DNA of 25,114 nt from a virus. Taxonomy: Duplodnaviria > Caudoviricetes. The translations under genes were made by a program, and so were the position numbers. Shown here piece by piece: positions 15,713 through 24,900 of the stretch. Every line of letters starts with the position of its first letter. Within the stretch, counting starts at the first letter, position 1. The DNA lies in IMG/VR virus record IMGVR_UViG_3300032050_000748, positions 1 through 25,114 of that record; one strand, given 5' to 3'. The notes under the pieces are model-generated. The model did not search any database, was not told the DNA's origin, and worked only from the letters and a program-made list of their open reading frames with translations.

Positions 15713-18700
15713 ATGAGCCTACACGCCCTTGCCAACAACATGGCCGCTAAAGGCCGACACGGCGATTCGATGCTGGTGCACATGACACCCAACGAAGTTG
15801 CTGGCCTAAACGCCCTTGCACAAGTGCATGGCGAGAATCTGACCATCAACCCCGAAACGGGTCTGCCTGAAGCGTTCAACTTGAAGTCCCTGCTCCCGAT
15901 GATTATTGGCGCAGGCTTGACGGCTACTGGAGTCGGTGCTCCTCTGGCTGCTGCTATGGTTGGCGCTGGCTATACCGCTGCTACGGGTAGCTTGGAAAAG
16001 GGTTTGATGGCAGGTATGGGCGCGTACGGTGGCGCTGGTTTGGCAGGGGGTCTCAGTGCTGCGGGCACGGCCGCTGCGAGTACGGCCGCTCCAATTGACG
16101 CCCTTGCAGGAATGGAAACGGCTGCTTTGGAAACTGCTGCGGCTCCTGCTGCGCAAGCTACTCAAGCTGCCAGCGCGACTCCAATTGTCGATAGTGCAAA
16201 CTTTTCCCAAAACGCGCCAACTTTGTTTGGCTCCTCGACGCCAAGTGCGTACTACGGCCCTTCTTCGGGTGCGGAAGCTATGACCGTCGGCAACCCCGTC
16301 AATACAGCAGCCATGGCTCCCGCAGCAGCGCCCGCGCCGCAATCGAATTTTCTTTCTGGCATGGATGCAGCGGCCCTCGAAAACAAAGCGGTCAGCGGAT
16401 TTAACCCCGCAAACACGGACGCGTATACAAACGCTAAACGGGGTTTGTCTGGGCTTATGGATAACCCAGCCTCGCGTGAAGCCTTCATGAGCAATGTTGG
16501 CGGTGTAGGTGGGCTGGCCAAGTATGCTGGGGCAGCAGCGTTGCCAGCAATGCAGCCGGAAGAGCAGGAGGCCGAAAAACCTGCCGAGGGTAACATCATT
16601 GATTACAGCTACGACCCCATCAGCGGCAAGTACCGCAGGCTGCGCTCGACGCCTGCGTCGCAATACAAAAGCACAATGTATGCCAAGAACGGCGGCATCA
16701 CCAGCCTTCTGAGCTTTGCGGACGGCGGCACAACTGGAGATGCAGCAGCTATACGGGCGGAGATTAAAGCAGGCCCCCAAACCCAAGCAGCGTTGGATGC
16801 CGCGCTGCTGAAATACACCCCTGCACAAATGGCAGCGGCGTTCCCCGAGTTTGGGAATGTGGCCGACTTTAACAACGCCACCCTCGATGCGTACAACCGA
16901 ACGCAAGAGCAGGCCCGCCTTGCGCAGAAGCAAGCCGTTCGAGCGGACATGGCCGCAAAAGGCGAGGAGTTCAGGATCGCCAACCCCGGCGGGAACGTGA
17001 CCACAACAAGCACGTCCCGCCCCACCATGTCGGCCATCCCTCAAAGCGAGATTGACGCGGCGCGGGCCAAGTTGACGCCAGAGCAGCGCAACTACATTGA
17101 CTGGAAGATCGAGCAGACCGATCCAATGCAGCATGAAAGAGTTGGCGACCAGTTTGCCCGTGCGGGGGTCAACCCATATTTGGATGCAGCGGGAGCGCAA
17201 GCAGCAATTGATCGCCGCCCAACCGGTGAATGGACTGATCCTAAGTGGCGTGAAAATCTTGCCGCTGAACGAGCAGCAGAGGACGCCAGACGAAAGGCCG
17301 CTGTTGAAAATCCCGGTCCTTTTGTGACGGGCCCCGGACCCGGCCCGACAACTGGCGGCAGTGCTGGCAGCAATGTTGACCCAACCACACGCGCAATCCT
17401 TGACTGGTACAACGCAAACAACGGCCGCACAGACCCGCAAGCGCAGGCAGATTTGAACAAGTGGCTTGCCACTTCTGGGTTTACAGCGGCGCAGATCAAC
17501 AAAGCGTTACCGCAATGGGGGGTTGCGGACTTGCAAAAGGCCATCGACACCGCCCGTAACCTTCAAACAGGGTCGAAACCGCCAACAACGACACCCCCAA
17601 CAACGACACCGACAACAGGTGGCATAAACAACTTGCCAGTCACCAATGCGACGATCCCTGCGTATGCGGGCACAAACAGCCCCACAGGCGGCATAAGCGG
17701 CTTGCAAGTGCTGACGCCACAGGGTGTCATGGGCGGAAGCGAACGCGGCGGTACGGTCAGTAACGTCTCGCAGATCATCCCTGCGTACCAGCAGTACTGG
17801 CAGAACGCGCCTGTAGGCAGCACCGTTGATTTTGCTGGTGGCAAGCTGTCGCGGGTGAGCGGCGCACAAGCCGTGTTTACAGACAAGAACGGCAAAACAT
17901 ACAGCATGGGGCCAACGTCTGACCTGAACATCATTGCTGCACAGAACCCCGCTATTGGGGAGACATGGCGCAGCGAGTTTGGCATGGTTCCGCAGAACTA
18001 CATGCAGGGCGAGTCGGCAAGGGCTTACGAGTTCTTGCGCGGTAACGAGCCTTACTCTGTAAACCAACAGATCAAGGGTATTGCCCGCCCCTACGGCGAG
18101 ATGGCGATGGGCTTGCCCGGCGCTACGTTCGGCAGCAACGCGGTGCTTAACCAGCGCGACATCAATGAGGCAACGGCGCAGCAAAAAGCCGACCCCGCCA
18201 ATAAAGGCATAAACATTCCAGCTCCGCAGTACGGTTACGGCGTGACCAATCCCGGCACGTACAACATGGAAACCGTGTATGACCCCAACACTGGGCGCTA
18301 CATAACGAACAACATGTACGAAAAACCCGCAGATGTGATGGCGGATGCCAAGGATGTGAAAGAGATCGCATCTAATATCCTGCCCGGCGGTTCTCATGGC
18401 GTGAAAAACGGCGGTCTCATGCACATGGCCCAAGGCGGTCTTGGCGCTCTGGCCGGTGGCGGAGCGGCTGCGCAGTATGACCTTGGCGGCTACTCGGATG
18501 GCGGACGCTTGCTGCGCGGCCCCGGGGATGGCGTTTCGGACTCAATCCCTGCGACAATTGGCAACAAGCGCCCTGCCCGTCTGGCTGATGGCGAGTTCGT
18601 GGTGCCAGCGCGTATTGTGTCGGAGCTGGGTAACGGCTCGACTGAAGCCGGTGCCCGCAAGCTGTACGCCATGATGGATCGTGTGCAGAAGAACCGCCGC

Positions 18701-18763
18701 AAGTCTGTTGGCAAAGGCAAGGTGGCCGTCAACAGCAATTCGTCCAAATTTTTACCAGCCTAA
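15713..18763 (+). CDS. Internal virion / DNA ejection protein (1016 aa)
   Basis: GAGG SD; GRHGDSMLVHM..INPETGLPEAF N-terminus, Gly/Ala hydrophobic stretch, low-complexity middle, C-terminal GPGDGVSDSIPA..LADGEFVVPA module. Confidence 0.7.
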   Translation: MSLHALANNMAAKGRHGDSMLVHMTPNEVAGLNALAQVHGENLTINPETGLPEAFNLKSLLPMIIGAGLTATGVGAPLAAAMVGAGYTAATGSLEKGLMAGMGAYGGAGLAGGLSAAGTAAASTAAPIDALAGMETAALETAAAPAAQATQAASATPIVDSANFSQNAPTLFGSSTPSAYYGPSSGAEAMTVGNPVNTAAMAPAAAPAPQSNFLSGMDAAALENKAVSGFNPANTDAYTNAKRGLSGLMDNPASREAFMSNVGGVGGLAKYAGAAALPAMQPEEQEAEKPAEGNIIDYSYDPISGKYRRLRSTPASQYKSTMYAKNGGITSLLSFADGGTTGDAAAIRAEIKAGPQTQAALDAALLKYTPAQMAAAFPEFGNVADFNNATLDAYNRTQEQARLAQKQAVRADMAAKGEEFRIANPGGNVTTTSTSRPTMSAIPQSEIDAARAKLTPEQRNYIDWKIEQTDPMQHERVGDQFARAGVNPYLDAAGAQAAIDRRPTGEWTDPKWRENLAAERAAEDARRKAAVENPGPFVTGPGPGPTTGGSAGSNVDPTTRAILDWYNANNGRTDPQAQADLNKWLATSGFTAAQINKALPQWGVADLQKAIDTARNLQTGSKPPTTTPPTTTPTTGGINNLPVTNATIPAYAGTNSPTGGISGLQVLTPQGVMGGSERGGTVSNVSQIIPAYQQYWQNAPVGSTVDFAGGKLSRVSGAQAVFTDKNGKTYSMGPTSDLNIIAAQNPAIGETWRSEFGMVPQNYMQGESARAYEFLRGNEPYSVNQQIKGIARPYGEMAMGLPGATFGSNAVLNQRDINEATAQQKADPANKGINIPAPQYGYGVTNPGTYNMETVYDPNTGRYITNNMYEKPADVMADAKDVKEIASNILPGGSHGVKNGGLMHMAQGGLGALAGGGAAAQYDLGGYSDGGRLLRGPGDGVSDSIPATIGNKRPARLADGEFVVPARIVSELGNGSTEAGARKLYAMMDRVQKNRRKSVGKGKVAVNSNSSKFLPA

Positions 18764-18765
18764 CC

Positions 18766-19173
18766 ATGCCCTTTTACCAAATTGATCCCCGTGAGTTGCC
18801 TCAAGTTTGGCCGATTGCAGCCCCGTTGCTGCAAAAAGCAATTGACATCGACCCTAGCGCGATCACTATTGAGCAGGTCGAGCACTCAGTGCGAACTGGG
18901 CGCACCTACTTGGTGGTTTGGGAGGAGCCGGACGAAGGCATCACGGGCGCTGCCACGGTGGAGTTCATTGATTACCCCCGGGAACGGATTGGCCACGGCA
19001 ACTTGATGGGTGGCAAAGGCATCATGCGCCCACATGTCATCGCGGAAATGTTCAAGTGGATGAAGATGCACGGAGCCACCAAAGCCCAAGTTTGGGCGCA
19101 GGGCTCGCTTGTGAACATGTACGAAAAGTTTGGGTTGGAAGTGACCCACAAAGTGATGAGGATAAAATTATGA
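18766..19173 (+). CDS. GNAT-fold virion assembly protein (P22 gp14 / T7 gp13 position)
   Basis: 135 aa with alpha/beta pattern ending W.KMHGA...NMYEKFGL; sits among the ejection genes. Confidence 0.6.
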   Translation: MPFYQIDPRELPQVWPIAAPLLQKAIDIDPSAITIEQVEHSVRTGRTYLVVWEEPDEGITGAATVEFIDYPRERIGHGNLMGGKGIMRPHVIAEMFKWMKMHGATKAQVWAQGSLVNMYEKFGLEVTHKVMRIKL

Positions 19174-19203
19174 TGTGCAACCACAACTCTAGCGGGGTCA
19201 ATT

Positions 19204-20184
19204 ATGGACGGCGGTAGTTCCCAACCCACAAGCCAGTCAGTAACGCAAACGTCCATCCCGGAGTACGCACGCCCATATGTGGAGTCGATGCTGGGTAAAA
19301 CTGCGGCGCTGACAAACACAAACACGAACCCGTACATGCAGTATCAGGGTGAGCGGTTTGCCCAGTTCACCCCTTTGCAGCAGCAGTCGTACTCCAGCGC
19401 AGCGACAATGACCCCAGCCTCGCAGATCGGGGTTGGTTCTGACCTTGCTGCGCAAGCTGGCAAAGGCGGCATGGACTACGCTGGGTATACCGCCAATTCG
19501 TTCACGCAACCGGGCACGGCCTCGGCTTACATGTCTCCGTACATGCAAAACGTGACGGACTTGGAGATGCAGTCTGCGCGTCGTCAAGACGACATTTCCC
19601 GTCAAGCCCGTCAAGCGCAAGCTGTCGGCGCGGGTGCGTTTGGTGGTTCCCGCCAAGCTATCCAAGAAGCAGAAGCCGCCCGGGCGTTGAACAGCCAGTT
19701 GGCAAGCATCCAAGCAAAAGGTCTGCAAAGCGCGTTTGGCAACGCGCAGAACCAGTTCAACACCGAGCAGCAATCACGCGCACAGGCTGCGGGGATTGGT
19801 CTTCAAGGTTTGGGTACAGGCTTGCAAGGGGCTTCGACACTGGGCCAGTTGGGTCAAACTCAGTTTGGCCAGCAGCAAGGTATTGCGCAGTTGCAGCAGC
19901 AGTTTGGCGCAGGCCAGCAAGCGCAAATCCAGAACATCCTGAACGCCCAGCAGCAAGATTTCTTGAACGCACAGAACTACCCGTACAAGCAGTTGGCATT
20001 TATGTCCGACACGTTGCGCGGCATCCCCATGAGCCAGAACGCACAAAGTCTGTATCAGGCCCCTGCCAGCGCGGCATCGCAATTGGCGGGTATCGGTCTG
20101 GGTGCGTACGGCTTGAGCAGGATGGCGGAAGGTGGTCGCGTGGGTTCAGGTCTGGCCGATTTGGCAATTGCCAACATGGCATAA
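19204..20184 (+). CDS. DNA ejection/transfer protein (gp7-like position)
   Basis: TQTSIPEYARPY, YMSPYMQNV and GAGAFGGSRQAI motifs; Gln-rich; C-terminal hydrophobic segment. Confidence 0.7.
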   Translation: MDGGSSQPTSQSVTQTSIPEYARPYVESMLGKTAALTNTNTNPYMQYQGERFAQFTPLQQQSYSSAATMTPASQIGVGSDLAAQAGKGGMDYAGYTANSFTQPGTASAYMSPYMQNVTDLEMQSARRQDDISRQARQAQAVGAGAFGGSRQAIQEAEAARALNSQLASIQAKGLQSAFGNAQNQFNTEQQSRAQAAGIGLQGLGTGLQGASTLGQLGQTQFGQQQGIAQLQQQFGAGQQAQIQNILNAQQQDFLNAQNYPYKQLAFMSDTLRGIPMSQNAQSLYQAPASAASQLAGIGLGAYGLSRMAEGGRVGSGLADLAIANMA

Positions 20185-20193
20185 GGAAGCATC

Positions 20194-21912
20194 ATGGCAG
20201 TCCCAAACGTAAACGAGATCACCACCACGCTGCGGATGTTGTCTGACGAGCAGTTGCGGAAATACGCGCAGATGCACAAGGGCGATCCATACATCCTTCC
20301 GATGGCAATATCTGAGAGCAACGCACGTAAACAGCTACGTGCGGCGGGCCAAGCCACGCAAGGTGCGCAGCCTCAGCCCAAAGTGGCAGACCAAGCGATT
20401 GCGCAGATGTCTCCACAGCAGTTGCCTGAGAATGTGGGTATCGGTGCGCTTCCTGCGCCCAACATGCAGTTTGCGGCCGAAGGCGGCATCATGGGCTACG
20501 AAGGCTACGACGAGGGCGAGTCTACCTATGGCCAAGAGCCCGTCATACGCATGGCTGGCGGCGGTGCGGTTGAGCGGTATCAATTTGGTGGCAGCATTGC
20601 TGACAAGTACAAGCAAGAGTCCATGGAAATGGGCATGGGCGCTCGCGTTCAATACAGCCCTGATGTGCAAGAGTATGCGCGGGCACAATCGCAACCGTCC
20701 GAAGAAGAGCAGCAGGCATTCAGAGATGAGCAGCAGCGCATGCTGGAGGGCGGTCGTTTCCGTCCGTTCCCTGATTTACCTAGAGCGGATGAGCGCCGCG
20801 CCGCCAAATCAGAAGCAGCTTCTGCAGCAAAAGTAACGCCAACTTTCAGCAAAGACGATTACAGCGGCATGGACCGCCGCATCATGTCGGGTAGCCAACT
20901 GCCAAGCGTCCCGTCGATCTCGCCTCCCGCAAAAGCCGCACCGACCAAGGAGCGCGGTGCCGCGCCACGTCCCGGTACTGGGGCCGGACCTGCCGCCGCT
21001 GCCGCCACGCCTGAGCAATCCGTTACTGACCGTTACGCTGCCATGCAAAAAGCAATGGGGCTTACCGACACTTCGAAAGTGGATGCGGAGCGGCAGGCCC
21101 TGTACGATGCCATGCGTGCGCAGGACAAAAGCGCACTGGAAGAGTTTGAGAAAGATGTTGCTGCACGTGGCAAGTACGGCGAAGCCAAAGAAGCGCGGTT
21201 GGCCAAGCGCGAAGCTGAGCTAGGCAAGCGTAAAGACGAAACCGCAGGTCTGGCAATGCTCGAGGCAGGGCTTGCCATTATGTCTACCCCCGGCGGCTTG
21301 GCTACGGCCATCGGCAAGGGCGCTCAGACCGGGCTGAAAACATACAGCGCCGGACTCAAAGACTTGCGTGCTGCGCAGGAGAAGATGGACGACGCCCGCG
21401 ACCAGATTGAAGAGTTCCGTCGCAACGAGGCCAACATGACGGCCAAAGAGCGCCGCCAGTTCAAGAACCAGATTGGCCGCACTGAGACCGACATTAAACG
21501 TCTGGGTCTTGACGCTGCCGAGAAAATGACTGGGGAAAAACGCGCTGACCTCAGAACGCTCTTTACGGCAGACCAGCAAATACTTACCACCGGCATGGAA
21601 ATCAAAGGGCGCAAAGAAGCGGCGCAGATTGCTGCGGGTCCGGGGTACGAGCGCAACAAACTCTTGCGCGAAGCGCAAGGGCAAGAAGCCAAGGTTCGGG
21701 CGGAGTACGGCAAAATGCAAGCAAAGGTCATGGACACTCTGAGCAAAGATCAGGACTACATGATGGCCCCGCCTGAAAAGAAACAACTCATGCAGACCAC
21801 CGCGTTGCGGCAGGCGTTGATGAACAACCCGTTCTTGGCCTCGTACGCTTCAGGAATTGGTTTCTCTTCCGCACCCGCCGGAGGGAAGGTCTACGACTTG
21901 ACGGAAGACTGA
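20194..21912 (+). CDS. DNA ejection protein (gp20-like position)
   Basis: AAGGA SD; coiled-coil rich with one hydrophobic hairpin GLAMLEAGLAIMSTPGGLATAIG. Confidence 0.65.
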   Translation: MAVPNVNEITTTLRMLSDEQLRKYAQMHKGDPYILPMAISESNARKQLRAAGQATQGAQPQPKVADQAIAQMSPQQLPENVGIGALPAPNMQFAAEGGIMGYEGYDEGESTYGQEPVIRMAGGGAVERYQFGGSIADKYKQESMEMGMGARVQYSPDVQEYARAQSQPSEEEQQAFRDEQQRMLEGGRFRPFPDLPRADERRAAKSEAASAAKVTPTFSKDDYSGMDRRIMSGSQLPSVPSISPPAKAAPTKERGAAPRPGTGAGPAAAAATPEQSVTDRYAAMQKAMGLTDTSKVDAERQALYDAMRAQDKSALEEFEKDVAARGKYGEAKEARLAKREAELGKRKDETAGLAMLEAGLAIMSTPGGLATAIGKGAQTGLKTYSAGLKDLRAAQEKMDDARDQIEEFRRNEANMTAKERRQFKNQIGRTETDIKRLGLDAAEKMTGEKRADLRTLFTADQQILTTGMEIKGRKEAAQIAAGPGYERNKLLREAQGQEAKVRAEYGKMQAKVMDTLSKDQDYMMAPPEKKQLMQTTALRQALMNNPFLASYASGIGFSSAPAGGKVYDLTED

Positions 21913-21925
21913 GTTCTGTCAAAAT
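21898..21925 (+). promoter_or_regulatory. Possible sigma70-like promoter with extended -10
   Basis: TTGACG, 16 nt, TG-T-CAAAAT. Confidence 0.4.
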
Positions 21926-21929
21926 AACC

Positions 21930-21960
21930 AACGCCGCAGTCATACCCGCTGCGGCGTTTT
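21930..21960 (+). terminator. Stem-loop (weak intrinsic terminator or 5' stabilising hairpin)
   Basis: AACGCCGCAG / CTGCGGCGTT perfect 10-bp stem, 9-nt loop, only a T4 run. Confidence 0.55.
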
Positions 21961-21990
21961 CACATCAAGGGTTCACACTGTTAAGACGAT

Positions 21991-24900
21991 ATGGCCAAAT
22001 ACCTCCAGCTTCCCAATGGCGACTCCCTCAAAGTCCCGGACGACATGTCCTACGAAGAGGCCATGTCAACTGCAAAAACAAAGTTTCCTGACCTTTTTGC
22101 CGAAAAGCCCAAAGAAGACACCAAGGGTTTTAAAGCCGCGATGTCTGCCGGTGCTACCCGCTTAGGCGGGGAGTTTGAGCTGCTCAAGGGCAAGCTGGGC
22201 ATCAAGAGCGAGGCCGAGGCACAGAAAGAATACGAAGCCGCGCAGAAACGTGCGCAGGCACGCTTCACCCCCACCGAAGAAGGCTGGACTGAGGCCCCCT
22301 TCCAGAAGTTCAAAGAGACCCTTGGCGGGTCTATCCCCTACATGGCGGCTCCAGCCGCCGCAGGTCTTGCGGCTTTGGCCGCTCCCGTTACCGCTCCGGT
22401 TGCCGCAGGTCTGGGTTTGCTGGGTGCAGGCGCTGTCTCTACTGGCCAGTTCACGGGCTCCAACCTTGCAGCTCAGATGGACACGGGCAAGACGCTGGAG
22501 CAGACCAGCGGCGCTGCTGCTCTTGGCGCAGCCATTCCCCAAGCTCTTATCGACACGGCCGCGATGGCGTTGGTGCCCGGTGTGGGCAAGCTGTTCGGCT
22601 CCGTGGGCTCCAAGCTGACAACCGAGCAAGCCAAGGCGATCGCCAGCCAGACGCTGGGCAAAGCGGCCATGGACTACACCGCCAAGACAGGCGCGGCCAT
22701 GGGCCGTGAAGGCTTCACCGAAACCGTGCAGCAGGTGCTCGAGCGTTTGCAAGCAGGCACAAACCTGACCGACCCCGAAGCCCGCAAGGAGTACATCGAG
22801 AGCTTCATCGGCGGAGCCGTTTTGGGTGGCGCTATTGCCCCAGTCGGCCGTGCGTTCGAGCGCGGCGGTGCCAAATCGCAAGCAGCCAAGGCCGAGCGCG
22901 AAGAGCGCAACGCGGCCACCCAAGCCGCAGCCGAGCAAGAGCGCATCGCCGCCGAGAAAGAAGCTGCTGAACGCGACACCGCTCCCTACGCCATACAGGT
23001 TGGCCAGCAGTACGACACCTTGCTGCAAGAGTTTCAGACAAAGCAGGCCGCGCTCAAGAAGCCCGGCAAAGACGCCGACCCTGCGGCAAAGGCTGAGTAC
23101 GCTGACGCACAAAAAGAAGTGCAGGCGCTGAATGCGCAGCTCAAAGAGTTGGTGCCCGAATACCGCCGCACAAAAGCAATTCGTGCGCAGGCGTTGGCCG
23201 CAGAAGAAACGGCTGCAGAAGAAGCCCGTAAAGCAGGGCTGTCCCCTGAAGAGTTCGCCGCTGAACAGGCGTCAGTACAGGCAGGCATCGCGGCTCCGAC
23301 CAAAGTAGCCCCGGTTGAAGGCGATCCGTTTGCCATGGTGCAGCGTGTCGACCCTGTGCAGGCGTACGTGGCAGAGCGCAAAGCGCTGGCTGACCAGCAG
23401 ATGATGACGCCTCCGACCGTAGCAGACTATGCCAGCTACATCATGGCCGACCCCCTGAAGGCTATGGACGTTGTGAAGACTCAGACCCCGATGCCCGGGC
23501 TGACCAAAGCACAAAACAAAGCGCTCCTCGGTGGTCTCGAGTTGCAGCTCAAAGAGTACGATAAGACCCGTCAAGCCCAAGGCATGCAAGGCACGGCTGC
23601 AAGCCAGCAACGCGTCTCCGAAGTTGAAGCTGAAGAGCAGGCCGCGTTGGAAGAGCAGCGTGCGCAGGCCGAGCGTGACATAGCAGAAGCCCAACGTGAG
23701 CAAGCACTGGGCGGAGAATTTGCTGGCCTGCAGCGCATGAAGGCAGCACCGGCAGGTATCTCGGATCAATTCAGCCTTTTTGGCACAGAGCAGGCACCAC
23801 CCGCAGGCTCTGCGGCCATGGGTCAGATGCAGCAAAAGCTGGCAGGCGAAGACGTGACGTTTACAGCGGAGGAAGATAAGCCGCGTAACCTGCGCCGTGT
23901 ACCCGGTGCTGAATTCAAACTCCGTGGCCGCAATGAAGGCACTGCCCCCGTTACCCGGGAAGAGCTGGCGGATCGCCTTAACCGTGTGCTGATCACATAC
24001 GACCTGTCCCCCGAAGCGGTGGACTTGCTGCAACGCGCCGAGAAAGCCCTGCCCCAGTCTGGCGCAGATTACTTTTCGTTGCTGGACGAGCAGCTTGCAC
24101 AGATCGAGAGCGGTGCCGAAGGCGTGCCCCGTAAGGGTCAAGAGCGCACACTGGACCTCCAGACATTCCCTGCGGCTCCGGCACAACAAGCACGCGCATC
24201 CACTACCGCGCCTACTGAGGCAGGCCCGCGCCAGATTGAACCCAATCGAAGCGTTGCTCCCGGCAGTGCCGAGTCCGGGTTGAAAACTCCTATTGAGCAG
24301 CCCGAAGCCGAAGATCGTCGCACAGGCATGCGCGGTGCGGCCGACGTGACCAAGCGTATAGCTGACACAACCCCATCCACTTTGCGCGGCCCATCGACGC
24401 GTGCGGGTGAATTGTCCTTGGCCCGTGAGTTGGAAGAGCCTTTGCTCCGACAGGAGGAAGCTGCCCGTGTCGATACTGGCCAGAAGTCGCTGTTCCCCGA
24501 AGAGCAAGAAAAGCTCGGGGCCATCAAAACCAATCGTGGTCTGTTCCAGATTTTCATGAAGAGCAAGTTCGTGCAGAACTTGCGTCAACAGTTGCGCCGG
24601 GACGAGGAGATTGCCAAGCGTGCGCAGGCCATCCCCGCTTTGGAAAAGCGTGCCAACGCTCTGGTTGCCGAGATCGAAGACATTCTCCAGCAGTATGCCG
24701 AGTACCGCAGCGCCGAAGCTGTTGTGAACGCCAACAAGGACGTGGCAAAAGCCAAGCGTGACATGGCCGAAATCCGTGCCGCTGCTGGAAAAACCACGGT
24801 CGACCGCATGCTACTGGCCGGGGCTATTGAAGACTTGAAGCAAGCACGCAAGCAAGTCATCGAGCAAGGCTACACCGAAGGTGGTGTGCAAGAGCTGATC

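Noticed and set aside
19170-19217. Short ORF MMCNHNSSGVNYGRR overlapping the GNAT stop, as a frameshifted leader of the 19204 gene
   Set aside because: No slippery sequence or recognisable leader motif; ATG 19204 has a usable G-rich SD
20461-20490. NMQFAAEGG as a Prp protease (NLQFF|A) cleavage site
   Set aside because: Prp processing is known from Firmicutes-type hosts and N-terminal leaders; this site is internal and the host looks Gram-negative
15806-24588. Long minus-strand ORFs (e.g. 15806-17440, 22162-23112, 23272-24588) and similar ones elsewhere
   Set aside because: Antisense shadows of GC-biased + strand genes; no SD, no recognisable motifs, fully overlapped by well-supported CDSs
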